The position numbers and the translations under genes were made by a program. From contig LSRY02000005.1 of assembly GCA_001643675.2 (NCBI GenBank), positions 1,612,001 to 1,676,000 of the forward strand: a stretch of 64,000 nucleotides of DNA. Reading direction: 5' to 3'. The notes under the pieces are model-generated. The model was given only the letters and a program-made list of their open reading frames with translations, made no database searches and had not been told where the DNA came from. Origin of the DNA: Monocercomonoides exilis PA203. Its lineage: Eukaryota; Protista; Preaxostyla. Below are positions 13,971 to 26,296 of the stretch, one piece after another; position 1 is the first letter of the stretch, and every line of letters begins with the position of its first letter.

Positions 13971-16038
13971 ATCATATAAATTTTTCATTAAGGGTGAGGT
14001 TGATAAGAGAATTTTTATTTGAAATTACATGAAAATATAATTTAATATATTGTTATAATTAATTATTTGTTGATTTTAATTTGTTTCCAATTGTTTTTAT
14101 TACTTATTTTCAAAAAAACATTATTTCAAAAAAAAAATATCGAAAATTCAATGAATAGAACAAAACAAATGTTCACTGGTTTGTTAAACATAAAAACTAT
14201 AATAACAATACGTAATCAATCAAGTTTTAATATAAAAATTAGTTTTATGATGTTATTGCAAAGATATTTATAAATTGATTTTGAAGATCTTAAAACATTT
14301 ACTGAAAATGAACAATTTTCAAAAATTAACATCGAAAAAGATAATAGTTAAACAAGGTATTTTTCAGATATACAACAGTTTATAATGAATTATTATTAAG
14401 AAACAATTAATTCTTAGGAGAAGTTATCTAAATTTATTGATCAAACAAAGTTTAAAAACTAACTAAGAAAATTTAAAAAAAATGAGAAGAAATACGAAAA
14501 TTTCTGCTTTTTTCACTTAAAAATGTTTTGCTTAACAGCAATTCTCTTTTATTCTCCATCATCCACCTCTTAGGCATAGCCTTGCTTGAAAGCTGAGTTT
14601 ATCTTTTATCGGGCTGTTCATTTTCCATGCAGTCTCTGCAAACACTCCTTTCGTTTGCGATGATTGATAAAAAAGAAGTGGGCGTGCTCATTTATGCAAC
14701 ACCATCTCCGCTGTCTCCTTGCCTGGCCTGTTTCTCGGCATCTCTTCTTTATCCACTTTTACAGTACTTGTATCCTTTTAATTCATTTTCGCTTTGTTCG
14801 CTGATTCTTCACTCATGGCAGTTTTCCCGTCTGCCCTGACCGACTCAACTGCTTTGAGGCAACATGAACCAGAATCTAGAACATTATTAAGACGAGAATG
14901 TGCAAACAAGGCCACATTTCGCTCTTATGCAAGGGGCCAGCTCTTATGTGAAATGCTGAGAGCGAATGTGCAATGGAATGTGCTGTTGAGACGTGTGTGT
15001 TCACCATCTATGTGAGCGATATGTCGACCGAAGGAGACGACCTCTTTATAGACTGCATCCACTCCGCTAAAGCTCCTCCAATCCTTGTCTCCGTTCTCAA
15101 CATCCGCATAGCCTTGAACGACGCCTTCCGAGGAAAGTACCTCTTTCTCCGGAGCTCCTATATCCCAGCCTAAATCGATGAGTCCCTCTTTTCCATTGAG
15201 TTCACCCAACCTTCTCTTGCTGTGAGAACATCCATCTGAAGCTCTGACTCCTCTCACACCGAGCCATACCTCGACTTAAACATCCTGCCTTTCATCACTT
15301 TTCTTCCGCACCCACCGGATATTCCTCTTCAAAGACACAGGCTCCTCTGTCAAGCTATGCTACTCCCCGCTTGGCCTCTATTTCTCCTTCTCCGCAATTT
15401 TTATCCATATCTTCCTCCAAAATTGCCTATCCAATATTCGAATTTGGTTTAACTCGAACAATCGTGTTTTTGTTCACTTTGCATTTTCCCGCTCGCTGAT
15501 ATTGCATTAAACAACAACTGCATCCGCATCTCATTCCACTCCTCATTTCACTCCTCTTTCCACTCCTCTTTCCACTTCTCCTTCCACTCCTCCTTCGCTT
15601 CAATCAACTTCTAAATCTTTTGCTTTTTCGACGGATTCCTCCAGACATCTTTCAGAATCTTTTCTCTCTCGCTTCAATTTCTTCTTCAGCACTTCACAGC
15701 CTTGCATATTCTTGACGTTGGATTTGGCAACTCCGTTTAAAATCTCACGCTATTAATCTTTCCATTGAAACAGACAGCACTATTCTTCTTATTCTGGATA
15801 AAATTTGTTAGATAGCTCCTTCAGATTGATGCACTCCTTCTTCACCACCATACAACTCTCTTGGATCTGCAGTTGCACACATGAAAACAACTGTGAGCTC
15901 CCCTACAACTGCCTTTCCGTTTGGAATTACCACTCCACCCACAGCAACCTCATCTGCTCTGATGCCGGTGGACTCAACATCGCTTTCATGTATCCACTTG
16001 TAACATATGCACAGTTGTTCAGCACAATTCACTGTCAC

Positions 16039-19000
16039 TCAAATACATCGCCTATGGTCCGGATGTTCCTGCTTCCAAGCATTTTCAGATTGCAAAATAT
16101 CTTCTTCCCAAGAACAGCACTTAAAAAAAGCCGCAAGAATGTAAATATTTGAGCAAAAAGAGAAAAAGAGGGGTTGGAAATGTTCTGTGCTCAGAGCGAC
16201 TTCAGTAAGAGCTAATAAGAGTCTGTTACAGAAGATGAAGGAGTTGGTGGCTTCGCAGGAGTTCCAACAAGAATAGAAGGGGCTGACAATTGTGTGTGTG
16301 GGAACAATTAAAGGAGGAGTAGCAAAGGTTGAGGAGGCTGTGATGTTTTGAGTGTGCAGCTGGGCAGATGAGAGTGTGTTGTCGAACGAGTAAAATGTCT
16401 GCTGCTGTTCATCATCATTTTCATCACCTCCTTCTTCTCTTCCCCTGTCCTTCCTCCTCCTATCTATTACAGCCTGTGGAAGCCTTGTGTCTAATGCATC
16501 AATTTGTGATGTACAAAACTCGTCTTTCTCCTTCTTCTTCGTCTTCGCCTTTGGCTCTTCCTGCTGTCTCCCTTTCCTCTGCTCTGCGCTCAATTTGCTT
16601 CTGAAATCCGCCTTCCTTGCCTCATCCATTTGAACTTGAACTTCTCTCTCTTCGCTTCTTGGCGGTATCATAAAGCGAGCAGATGAACGTAATGTGCCTG
16701 TCAGCTCCTTCCCTCTTCCACCACCATTTCTCGTGATATGCCCATTCACCTCATTCACCTTATTTAGCACAGCCGGAGCGCGGAAGCCGTACCAAGTGCT
16801 GAAGCAGAGCGGAATACGCCTCTGGGGAATAAGAAAACAGTTCAAATGCACATTCAGCGAAGCCACAGAATGCATTGATGGTGGTGATGATGATGATAAG
16901 AATAAAGAAAAAGGAGGAGGCGATGGTGGAGAAGAAGCTGATGATGAATGGAACACAATAAAGCAGAAAACAACGATTTCAAAGCGTGAAGAGGACGAGG
17001 AATGAGAGAAAGAAGGAGCGGAGGGTTGCTGAAATCCTGAAGCAAATTCCAAAGAAGACACAGAATCAGAAGAAGTCGACAATTTCTTATCAGGTTGCAG
17101 AGGTTTAGATGAAATCTTCATTACTCTTAAGGTATCCATTGCATCGTCTGTATCATACTGAGCAAAGCAGCAGAAGCCAAAGTGATAACACAATTCAGCC
17201 AGCGCTATGCGATGGTGCGTGTCCAGAGGAGAAGTTGCAACTGTTGAAATGTTCAAAGCATGCCAGACACAGGGAGGTGGAGTTGATGGCGTATCGTCAG
17301 TGGGGTTGGGAAAGAAGAAGAAAAAGAAGAAAAAGAAGAAGAAGAAGAAGAAGAAGAAGAAGAAGAAGAAGAATGTGAAGACGAAGAGGAAGAAGAAGAA
17401 GAAGAAGAAGAAGAAGAAGATGATGATGATGATGAAGGAAATGGAATTATTTCTTTCTGTTGTGAGGAGGAAGAAGATGATGACAAAGTTTATGAAATGT
17501 GTGTTTGATTGTGTTCACAAAACATTGGAGAAGAAGAAGAAGAGAAAGATTGTGAAGAGTAAGAAGAGGAAGAAGAAGAAGATGATGATGATGAGGAACT
17601 CTAATATTGTCGCATAGAAAAAGAGAAGGTCGAACTAAATTCTTTCCCATCAGAAACATAAACAATTATAAAACCAGCTCTTCTTGCGCCGCACATCACG
17701 CAACTTCCATTTTCTCCCACACCTTTGACTTCCCTCATCTAATTTTTATTACCATTTCCAACTTCCTCTTTCTCCTCTTCTTTTTCTTCCGTGATTGCGT
17801 TCACAATTCTAAACAAATGTTCATCCAACACATTCACCAAACCAGAAGAACAACCTTCTTTCACTTGAGATGTGCTTGGTTTATTAATTCTTGCTGAAAT
17901 TGCACAAAAAGCCGAAAAATTTGGATTTTTCTTATTGTTCAGCAACTGAGTTGTCACATCCAGTGATTTTTAATCAACGCACTGAGAATCTGCATCAGAT
18001 CTTTGTGGCTTATTACAATGGGTTTGTGTTTTCTTCTTTCTCTTCTTCTTCCTCTTCTTCTTTAATTCATTTCATCTATCCTTTTGATGAAAAAAAGTTT
18101 GGTCTCTTTCTTTCACTTCTTTTCCTTTCTTTTCAACTTTTCCACTTTCAACATTCATCTCTCCTTCTCTCTCATTCTCAATCTCGTTATTTTCCATTCC
18201 TATGTTACAATCAAATCCATCAACTACGTTAATTTCAGCCTCCTCTTTTTCTGTATTCATTCTGCTATTGACTTCATCCATTCCTCCTTCTGAAGTCTCT
18301 TTCTCACTCTTCACATTTTCCGCATCTTTTTCCATTTCATTCTTCTCCTTAACCTCCAACCCACATCAGCAATCGCGCCCCATCTCCAATTGTGAATCCT
18401 TTGTGATTAACAGATTGTCTTCTTCCACTCTTTTCCGTCCTTCTGAATCGCTTTCAACGACCAGATCATTTCACACGTTTGCATTATCTCCCACATTGCT
18501 GTTTCGCACAGTACCACAGCAGCTGTAGTTAACTGAATTATTCTCATTTTGCCAATTTTAATAAGATCCAGCAGCGGTAGTCTAAATAACTTGAACAGCA
18601 TGAGGAAGAAATTCAGAAGATTTCTCAAGTGAAATGCACGATCCTCACACAACCGCCGTTGATTCTTCAAGGTGTTTCAGGAAAAAGATGAAGAGAAAGA
18701 TGATGAATTTCATCGAACGGTCACAATGTCCAGCCAGCCTTCAAATTCGTGAACTTTGTTAAGGAACTGGAGGTGCTCAATGCTGTTAAACACACATCGC
18801 TGTGAGTGCTCAGAGTTTCACCAATATCTCAGAAGGTCCGGCCAGATCTTTTTCTTTTTTTGAAGCCTTGACGAATTCACAAAGAACGGATAAAGGATAT
18901 TCGCATAAGACAAGAGCATCCGAACATTGCTGGTTTTTTTTCAGCGCGTGTGGAAGACACTTTTTAAGTGCACCCTAGGCTTCCAGCGAGTGTTGCTTTG

Positions 19001-19689
19001 AAGAGTGGTAGAGAAGCGTGATCAACATCGATAAGAAGACAGAGAGAGAAGGCAAGCTGCTGCTGCAGTGAGGAGGAATAGAAGTAGGAGGAGGATGCAG
19101 AACCGGGCTCCGAGGAAATAGTAAATGCTGTTAATAATAATGATGCAAAAGGCAACGCATATAATGCTGTTGTATTCTCTTCCGATGTTTGAGCGAGCAA
19201 CTCATCGAGCGATTCAGGGCTTTCATGACATGCAAACAGCACAGCCAACTCTCAGTCTTGCAGATTGGAAAATTCGGCAATGAGCTTGCTGACTGTTGTC
19301 TCATCGCTTCTCTTTTCGAATCTACAACTTAATATAATTCTTTTGCGGGGCTCTGAAGAAATGACAGAGGGCTCCGTGTCAGTCAGGCAAGGCTCATTTG
19401 AAACAGCACGTTGTATCGCAGCCATTTCGTCATATGGGCTCATTAACACTCTTTCGTGATCGTAGAAATTGTCGACCCTATCAGAAATCGCGTATGAACA
19501 CAAACTTGATTTGAGTGCAAAATATACAGTTTGTCTTTCGAATTCTGCTTTTCCCTTTTCCGACTGAGAAAAATCAGCGCGCTTTATTTCGCTTTGCAAG
19601 AAGCACACCGTCTCCAGCAGCTGCCCTTCCAGTAAAATTTCCTTTGACGCTTTTCTCTTTGGATTGAGCCTCCTGTCGTACGCAGACAT
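16039..19689 (-). pseudogene. Fragmented gene relic(s), product unknown
   Basis: Consecutive minus-strand ORF pieces. 19689-19252 and 19248-18964 are in one frame separated by a TGA. Further pieces lie at 18359-18072 and 17256-16039. No recognisable motif. Confidence 0.4.
17310..17432. repeat. (GAA)n/(GAT)n trinucleotide microsatellite
   Basis: Read directly from the sequence. Confidence 0.85.
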
Positions 19690-20707
19690 GCCTATAGCCT
19701 CTGCGGTTTTTGAGTATGCTCCCTTAAAAAATGTTGGAATAAAAAAATTGTAAAAAGAAAGTTGCGATGGAGCTGTGCTTGTAATACATGTCCTTTTCCA
19801 ACAGCGGAAGCGTCTTGCACATCTAATCTCACTTTGATGAAGAGAAAAATATCAAAGATGACAAAAACGACGATGAAAAAGAATAAGAGGAGGAGGAGGA
19901 AAAAGACAATGAAACAGATGAAGAACAATGTTATTTCATTGCTCTTTGAATTCTATCAGATCCAGTTGATTTTGGTGTTCTGGCGAGCTTCACTTGAATT
20001 TGCATGATCACGCTTGTATTATCTTCTCTTTTTCGTATGTGATCTCTAGAAACTTCTTTATGATCTTGTGGATGTTTAGTGTTTCACATAAACCATGATA
20101 CTTGCCATTGCTTTCGGTTCAGTGAATTTTTGAATCAGCCAACTCCTTCGAGCCTGATGAATGATGATTGGATGGAGAAGCATTTACAGAAGAATTGAAA
20201 GCGATTCTCATGTTGATAATTTGGGGTTGGTTGTTGTTGTTGTTTATGATAATCAAGGAATATGAAATGCCATTTGAACAACAAACTATACTAAAAGAAA
20301 AAGCAGCTTTCTCAGAAAGATGTTCCATTGAACTCATTGAAATAATTCACACCTTTTTTCAAAAAAAAAGATAAATGCTGAACTGTTTTCAAAAAAAAAC
20401 AAATAAAAATAGAAATTGAGATAATCCGAAAATGAATTGTTCAAATGATAAAAAAAATCGGAGTGAATACACGAAAAAAAGCACACTTCTTGTATATTTT
20501 GCAAGCTTACAATATATTTCTTTAACTGTCAAATCAAATATTCATCAATTGTATGCAATATCGACAAATTGATTATTTTTCTTCATTATACATATAAATT
20601 TTTTATTAATTGACATGATCATGGCGTTCTGGGCATTTCATTTTTTTGCTCGAAACAGCTTAAAATGATATTTTCAGCTTATAAAGAACAGAAAAAGTGA
20701 CTTTCTT

Positions 20708-20846
20708 TGTTGACCAAAATGCACAAATAATTTGGTTTTTTTATGATCATTAATTTTGGAAATGTGATTTTTGTTTGTATATTATTCATTTCATTTGTGA
20801 ATATTATTGCTTTATTAATGCTTACAAGTCATCAGAAAATAGTTTT
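20708..20846 (+). repeat. Left TIR, perfect 139-bp core
   Basis: Exact reverse complement of 26158-26296 (tgttgaccaaaatgcac...cagaaaatagtttt). Diverged homology continues on both sides. Confidence 0.95.
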
Positions 20847-21674
20847 GAAATTTTTATTGTTTTAATTCGGGAAAAAAAATTGTTTTTTTATTTTTCATTG
20901 AATATTCACTTCATATCAGAAAAATATCATTGAAAAATTAAACACTCAAAAATGTTTTGTTTTTGAATGAACATGTTTATAATTATTGTTCTATTCAAAA
21001 TATAACTGTTTTGATATCAATATCTTCATTGTCAAAGAACAACAACGGTTGATGAATATTTAGTGATGAGAAAAACAAAAAATAAATGCATTGCTAATTA
21101 GATAACAATCATAAAACAATAGAACACATAAATAACTATAGAACTTCATGATGTTAATCATCTTAAAAATAGAAAATAATGTTTAAGTTTCTTTTCTTGT
21201 TGCATCACATTCAAAGGAAAATATTTTTACCATATCGACAGCAAAACATTTCCCGATTGTCAATTCAATATCAATTCATATGAACAATAAAAGATTCAAT
21301 AAAAAGCATAACTATATCAACAAATACATGGTATCATAGTCAATTCAAAACACAAAAGAATACAAATACTTTAGGTACAAAAACAAACTTGACTGTTGAC
21401 CCTTTGTTTTCCACCCACTCTCCCCTTTCTGATATTACTCTTGTCCTAACTCAGAAAGATCATATTCAACAGAGAAAAAAGGCAGACACAGTGATGAAAC
21501 ATCACTTCACACTCTCAGCTATTCTCCTTTCCTAAAATGTAATCCAAAAATCATTGAAACTCTTCACAACACCCATCAAAAAATGAATCTCTATCTAGAC
21601 ATATATAAATAAATTTCGGGACTATTACCAAGTGAAAATAGGGACATTATAGGGACAGAAACAGTAAGAAAACA

Positions 21675-21820
21675 ATCGGATTCTAACTGTTGTGTACCTG
21701 GGAGGCTGTTCGTCGTATCCAGGTCCGGATAAAGCAGCCCGAAGGCTGCAATATCTAATACGAACAGTCATGTCCAGCACCCTTCCGATAGAGTGCCAGC
21801 TAAGCATACACAACAACCAG
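21675..21820. ncRNA. Candidate structured RNA (multi-way junction with two pseudoknots), identity unknown
   Basis: Complementary pairs: 21688-21696/21807-21815; 21697-21701/21719-21723; 21706-21713/21760-21767; 21734-21739/21744-21749 (C-UUCG-G loop on the - strand); 21777-21783/21790-21796; 21675-21680/21784-21789. GC-rich island in AT-rich DNA. Confidence 0.6.
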
Positions 21821-21824
21821 TTTC

Positions 21825-24800
21825 TTAATTAGGGACACCATTAATACAATTTTGAGATTCATTTAAAGATGAAGAGTCAAGAAGAAGATCAAATCTTCTT
21901 GAAAGAAGATCTTGAGAAGATTGAGAAAGAAGAGAAGAGTTAGATGATGTGATATCAGAGTGAAACGACTTTCTTGAACGTTGAACTTTTTCTTTCATTG
22001 TTGAAGATTCGAGGGCAACCAGAGAGCGTTGAGGAAGATATCCAACAGCAGATGCGCAGACAAACGAGCCCTTGCGCTCAAAGAATAAGTAGTCCTTCAT
22101 GTGAGGGACTGACAGAGATGGCCATGAAATTTGTTGAGACGGTACGTACTCTTCAAAGTACCTCTCATGTACACACTCCTTGATAGATGATGACGATGGG
22201 GAGTTGTTTGATGAGGATGATTCAAAAATATACAATTGCGAAGATGATGAAACAGATGATGAAACATTCGTATTGTTTTCGAAGAAGTTGATTAAGTCAT
22301 GAAGTGTAGTGATGTGTTCAGAAGATAGATTATTGTCGATAGCATTCACTAATGCACCAAATTCACTATCACAAATATTCTTTCCGTGGTGCTCAGTGAA
22401 GAAGTTGAGTTGAGTGTTTTTCTTTTTAAGAAGTTTTGATTGTTTTGAGAGGATGAAGTGAAGAAGGAAGCGATTTCGGTTGTGTGGACCTGAATCGCAG
22501 AAGAACTTAAAAGTGTGAGTGTCTGAGAAGAAGTGTCTTTTGATCACAGATTCCAGACACTCAATAACAAATCTGTGATCATTTGAGAGGCAGTCGGAGA
22601 AGAAGTTGAATGTTCTTTTTATTTGTTGATTATTTATTTTTTGAAGAGAGATGATTGTGAATTGAGAAACCTGTTGATAATTGAAGAATTCCTGTTGAAG
22701 TTGATTTTTTCTGATGGGGAGTTTCCATTTTTCTTTAAAGTCGAAGACGAAGACTGCTTCTCCCTCTTTCAGATTGTCTACAGTCGATTGATAGTGTTTT
22801 CGTTGCATTTCTGCAACAAGACGATGTTGACGAAGAAGTTTGAGTGTATGAAACTCAGCAGAAGAAAGTCCATTTTTGTTTTGTGAAGATTTCAGTTTGT
22901 TCTCCAAATAGTTCAACTTCTCACACATTCCACAAAGATCGGTTCGTCTTTTCGCTTTTGAGAAGTTTGAAGTAAGTTTATAAAAGTGAGATAATGAAAC
23001 TTTGATATTCGTTTCATCTGTAAACTCTTTCCACAATTTGGTTTTGGGCATGAAGATTAATCTCTTTTCATTCGGAGAAAAGATGCCCGTTTTCTTTCTT
23101 TTTTCTTTCAGTGCTTCCAATCCATATGAAGATGTGATTGAAGAAGTTAATTGAGGAATAGAAGTTGTTCGATGAGGTGGAGTGATAAATGATGATGATG
23201 GAGTTGTGTCTGTGTTTGTGTTGTTATTATTTAAATATTGAGAAGAGGAGGAAGAAATAGAGGAACCACCAAATTGAATAGTTGGATGTGTTGATAGTGA
23301 GTTTTCTTTAACGTAGAATGAAAGTGAAGGAGTGTAACCCTGTGCACAAAGATCCTTCCATGATGAATTCCAATTATCTTTATCAAATTCAGAAACACTT
23401 TCATCGTTACAAGAAATCCACGTCTTGCTCAATCCTTTCTTTCTTTCCACAACAGCAATGTAATGACCGTTGCTATTATCAAACTGTTTATGAAGGATTT
23501 GTCCAATTAAGTGATAGGATGTTGTTTCTCTATTTTGGTCGCGAAATGAAGTTTTATTTTCACTTGAAAAACCTTTGCAAAATGAACGTTTGTTCGATCT
23601 GTCAGCCTCAATAAGAAGTGTTTGAGATGGCGGAGAACAAGCAGGATCAGTGCATTCATGAGAGAGGACTAGAACCTCTGGAAATAATGTCATTTCCTCC
23701 CACCGAGCTGTGCAGCATTTTTCTTTGCACTCCTGACAATAGACGCTGTTTTTTCCGTCCAATATTTCAGTTGAAAATAGAGAAGATAAACCTTTATGAG
23801 TAGATGATGAATTGATGATTACGTTGTTTTCGATTTCATCGATTTGTGATGTGAGTTTTTGACATTTGACGCATTTCCTGTGTGAAACTATAACCGGATT
23901 AAAACTATCATGCTTTAATAATCCGTCTTTTTCAAATAGTTTTTGAAGATTGTTGAAAGCATCTGACACATTCTGCTGCTGTTTGCTTCGGTACCCACAA
24001 AAGTCTTCCCATTTACTAACAACTGATTGGATCCATGAATGCACTTTTGTTCCATCTTTGAGGATTTGATTGCAAATACTCATCATTTGAAATGATAATG
24101 TTTGTTTTGAGCGTGTTTTTGAAATGATTGATGGTTTTTGTGAAGTGATTGAAGAAAAACACTGAAGAAGAGAGGCAAGATAACATGTGTTGCCTAAATT
24201 GATTAATCCTTTAAAACAAGTGTTTGTTATGTTTGTTAAGTTTTGTGAATGTGATGAAGGAAATGGAGATGTTAACGGATTAGAAGGATGAAGATTCATT
24301 GTGTTGTTATTTGAAATGTTTTTTAATGATCTATTATTGTTTGTTAATTCGTTTTGATTTGATTGAGGTGATTGTGATGGAGTAATTGAAATGTCATTAT
24401 TTTTTGGAAATGTTGAGAGAAGATTTTGAAATGCCAGTGGAGGAATAAGAGTGGGAGAAGTGGCATATTCAATCAATTGACCACTAACCCAAATATTTTC
24501 GTTGTTAACAGATGAAATTGCTTTATCTGTTGGAAAAGAATTGACTGCTTCTTTTCTTTTAATTTTTATCGAAGAGGAAGATGAATGAGGAGTGGAGGAA
24601 GAGGAGGAAGAAGAGGAAGAGGAGGAAGAGGAGGAAGAGGAAGAAAAAAAGGGAGAAGAAGAAGAAGATAAAGAAGAATGAGACGAGTGAGAAGAGCGGG
24701 AAGAGTGTCTGGAATGATGAGAATCTCTCACAGGAGTTTGAGTAGCAGAGGCAAAAGGAAGAGGCGGAGGAGTGGAAGAAGAAGAAGAAAAAGAAAAAGT

Positions 24801-25964
24801 AGAAGAAGAGGAGGAGGAGGAGGAAGAGGAAGAGGAGGAGGAGGAAGAAGAAGAAGAAGGAGATGAAGGAGATGAAGAAGAAGAGGAGGAAGAGGAGGAA
24901 GAGGAGGAAGAAGGGGAAGAAGAGGAAGAAGGGGAAGAAGAGGAAGAAGAGGAAGACGATGATGACTTTGGAGTTTTTTGTTTTATTAATTTATGCAATG
25001 GTATTGGTGACGGAGAAGTTCGACTGTGATGAAGTGAATTATTTTGTTTGCTTTTTGTTGTCCTTCTTTCAACCCGAAGTGGAGTACTAATAGGATCGTT
25101 CACCAGATAAGATGGGATATAATTTTTAAAAGAAGGTTTTGCAGATGGATAAACATCAGCATTGTTGATTGAAGGAAAAAATTTTTTTAATGACGAAGAT
25201 TGTTTTTTGTTTGAATTATTTTTTTCCGTAATAATAATATCATCCCATGCAGATTCCTCAACGAAAAGTGCGTAATCAGGAACTTTTCTTGGTTTTTTCT
25301 TGGACGATTGCAATGACGTTGATGCTTCAGTGGAATGGGCCAACATCCAATTGTTGCCCTTTTCCCAATCTTGTTCATTGAGACCTTGAAAAAAAAATAA
25401 AAAATAAATAAATGAAAAAATAAAAAAACAGTAAAAAAAGAAATTATAATAAAATTTTATACAAACCACTTTTGCATGATGGTGGGTGAGGCAATTGTGC
25501 TGGTATTAAAAATCCTTGGTTTTTTGAAAGAGTCTGTTTTGCATAATTATACTTTCCTTCAGTGATGTCGAATCCATATTCCAAAAGTTCAGATAATGAT
25601 GCATTACGCGTCAGTGCTTGAAGGATCATAGTTTGCGTGTGCAATTGTGCGTGCTTGTACACAACAGAGAGATCTTTAAGAAGTATTTCGTAATATTCTA
25701 AGTTTTCATAAAATTAAAAAAATAAATATTAATTTGAAATAAATATTATTAGAGAAAAATATAAGTTATTTTCAATCAAAAAATTTTTAAGTTGAAACCA
25801 TTCAAGGATTTCAGTAAATCATTAATTACTGACGATGATTTTCTGTAGTTGTAAAAAAGATAGACAAGCAATGAATCAACGTCATCTCCACCGATGCGTT
25901 GAATTTCTTTCCACAGAACGTTGCATCGTGAATTTAGAGTTGACTCTTGATTTGAAAATGACAT
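21825..25964 (-). CDS. DDD transposase (Sola-like) with inserted USP/peptidase C19 domain; 3 exons, 1318 aa
   Basis: Exons 25964-25799, 25697-25467 and 25384-21825 splice in frame at GT-AG sites. USP motifs: GLINLGNTCYLASLLQC, CVKC/CQEC, GHYIA, WISCNDESV. Transposase motifs: RRTDLCGMC, FDFKE, FCDSGPH, FFTEHHGKNICDSEFG (41 aa between D2 and D3). Confidence 0.85.
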
Positions 25965-26157
25965 TTTAGTGATTATCACAATTTATTATGGAATTATAAT
26001 CAATTTATAAAAGTTTAACAGCTCAACAATTATTGTTTTAATTGAATTTTCAATATAAAACTTTCGATAAACAATAACAAATATAAATAATTTTGCTCAA
26101 ATGAGAAATTTATGTTTCAGATTTAATAAAAATCTCAAATTGAACGATTAAAATAAT

Positions 26158-26296
26158 AAAACTATTTTCTGATGACTTGTAAGCATTAATAAAGCAATAA
26201 TATTCACAAATGAAATGAATAATATACAAACAAAAATCACATTTCCAAAATTAATGATCATAAAAAAACCAAATTATTTGTGCATTTTGGTCAACA
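26158..26296 (-). repeat. Right TIR, perfect 139-bp core
   Basis: Exact reverse complement of 20708-20846. Confidence 0.95.

Noticed and set aside
14600-15760. Possible DIRS/retroelement relic
   Set aside because: Only vague fragments; no RT, RNase H or tyrosine recombinase motif could be confirmed.
17109-17617. Poly-K, poly-R, poly-E and poly-S ORFs here and at 3282-3746 and 24678-25090
   Set aside because: Alternative-frame translations of trinucleotide repeats.
21717-21740. caggtccggataaagcagcc resembles the bacterial SRP RNA helix-8 motif
   Set aside because: The UCC-GGAA-GGA stem cannot form, and the flanks do not make the SRP long hairpin.
21697-21768. HDV-like ribozyme (CTAAT before a pseudoknot strand)
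   Set aside because: Too few bases to form P3/L3 between P2 and P1'.
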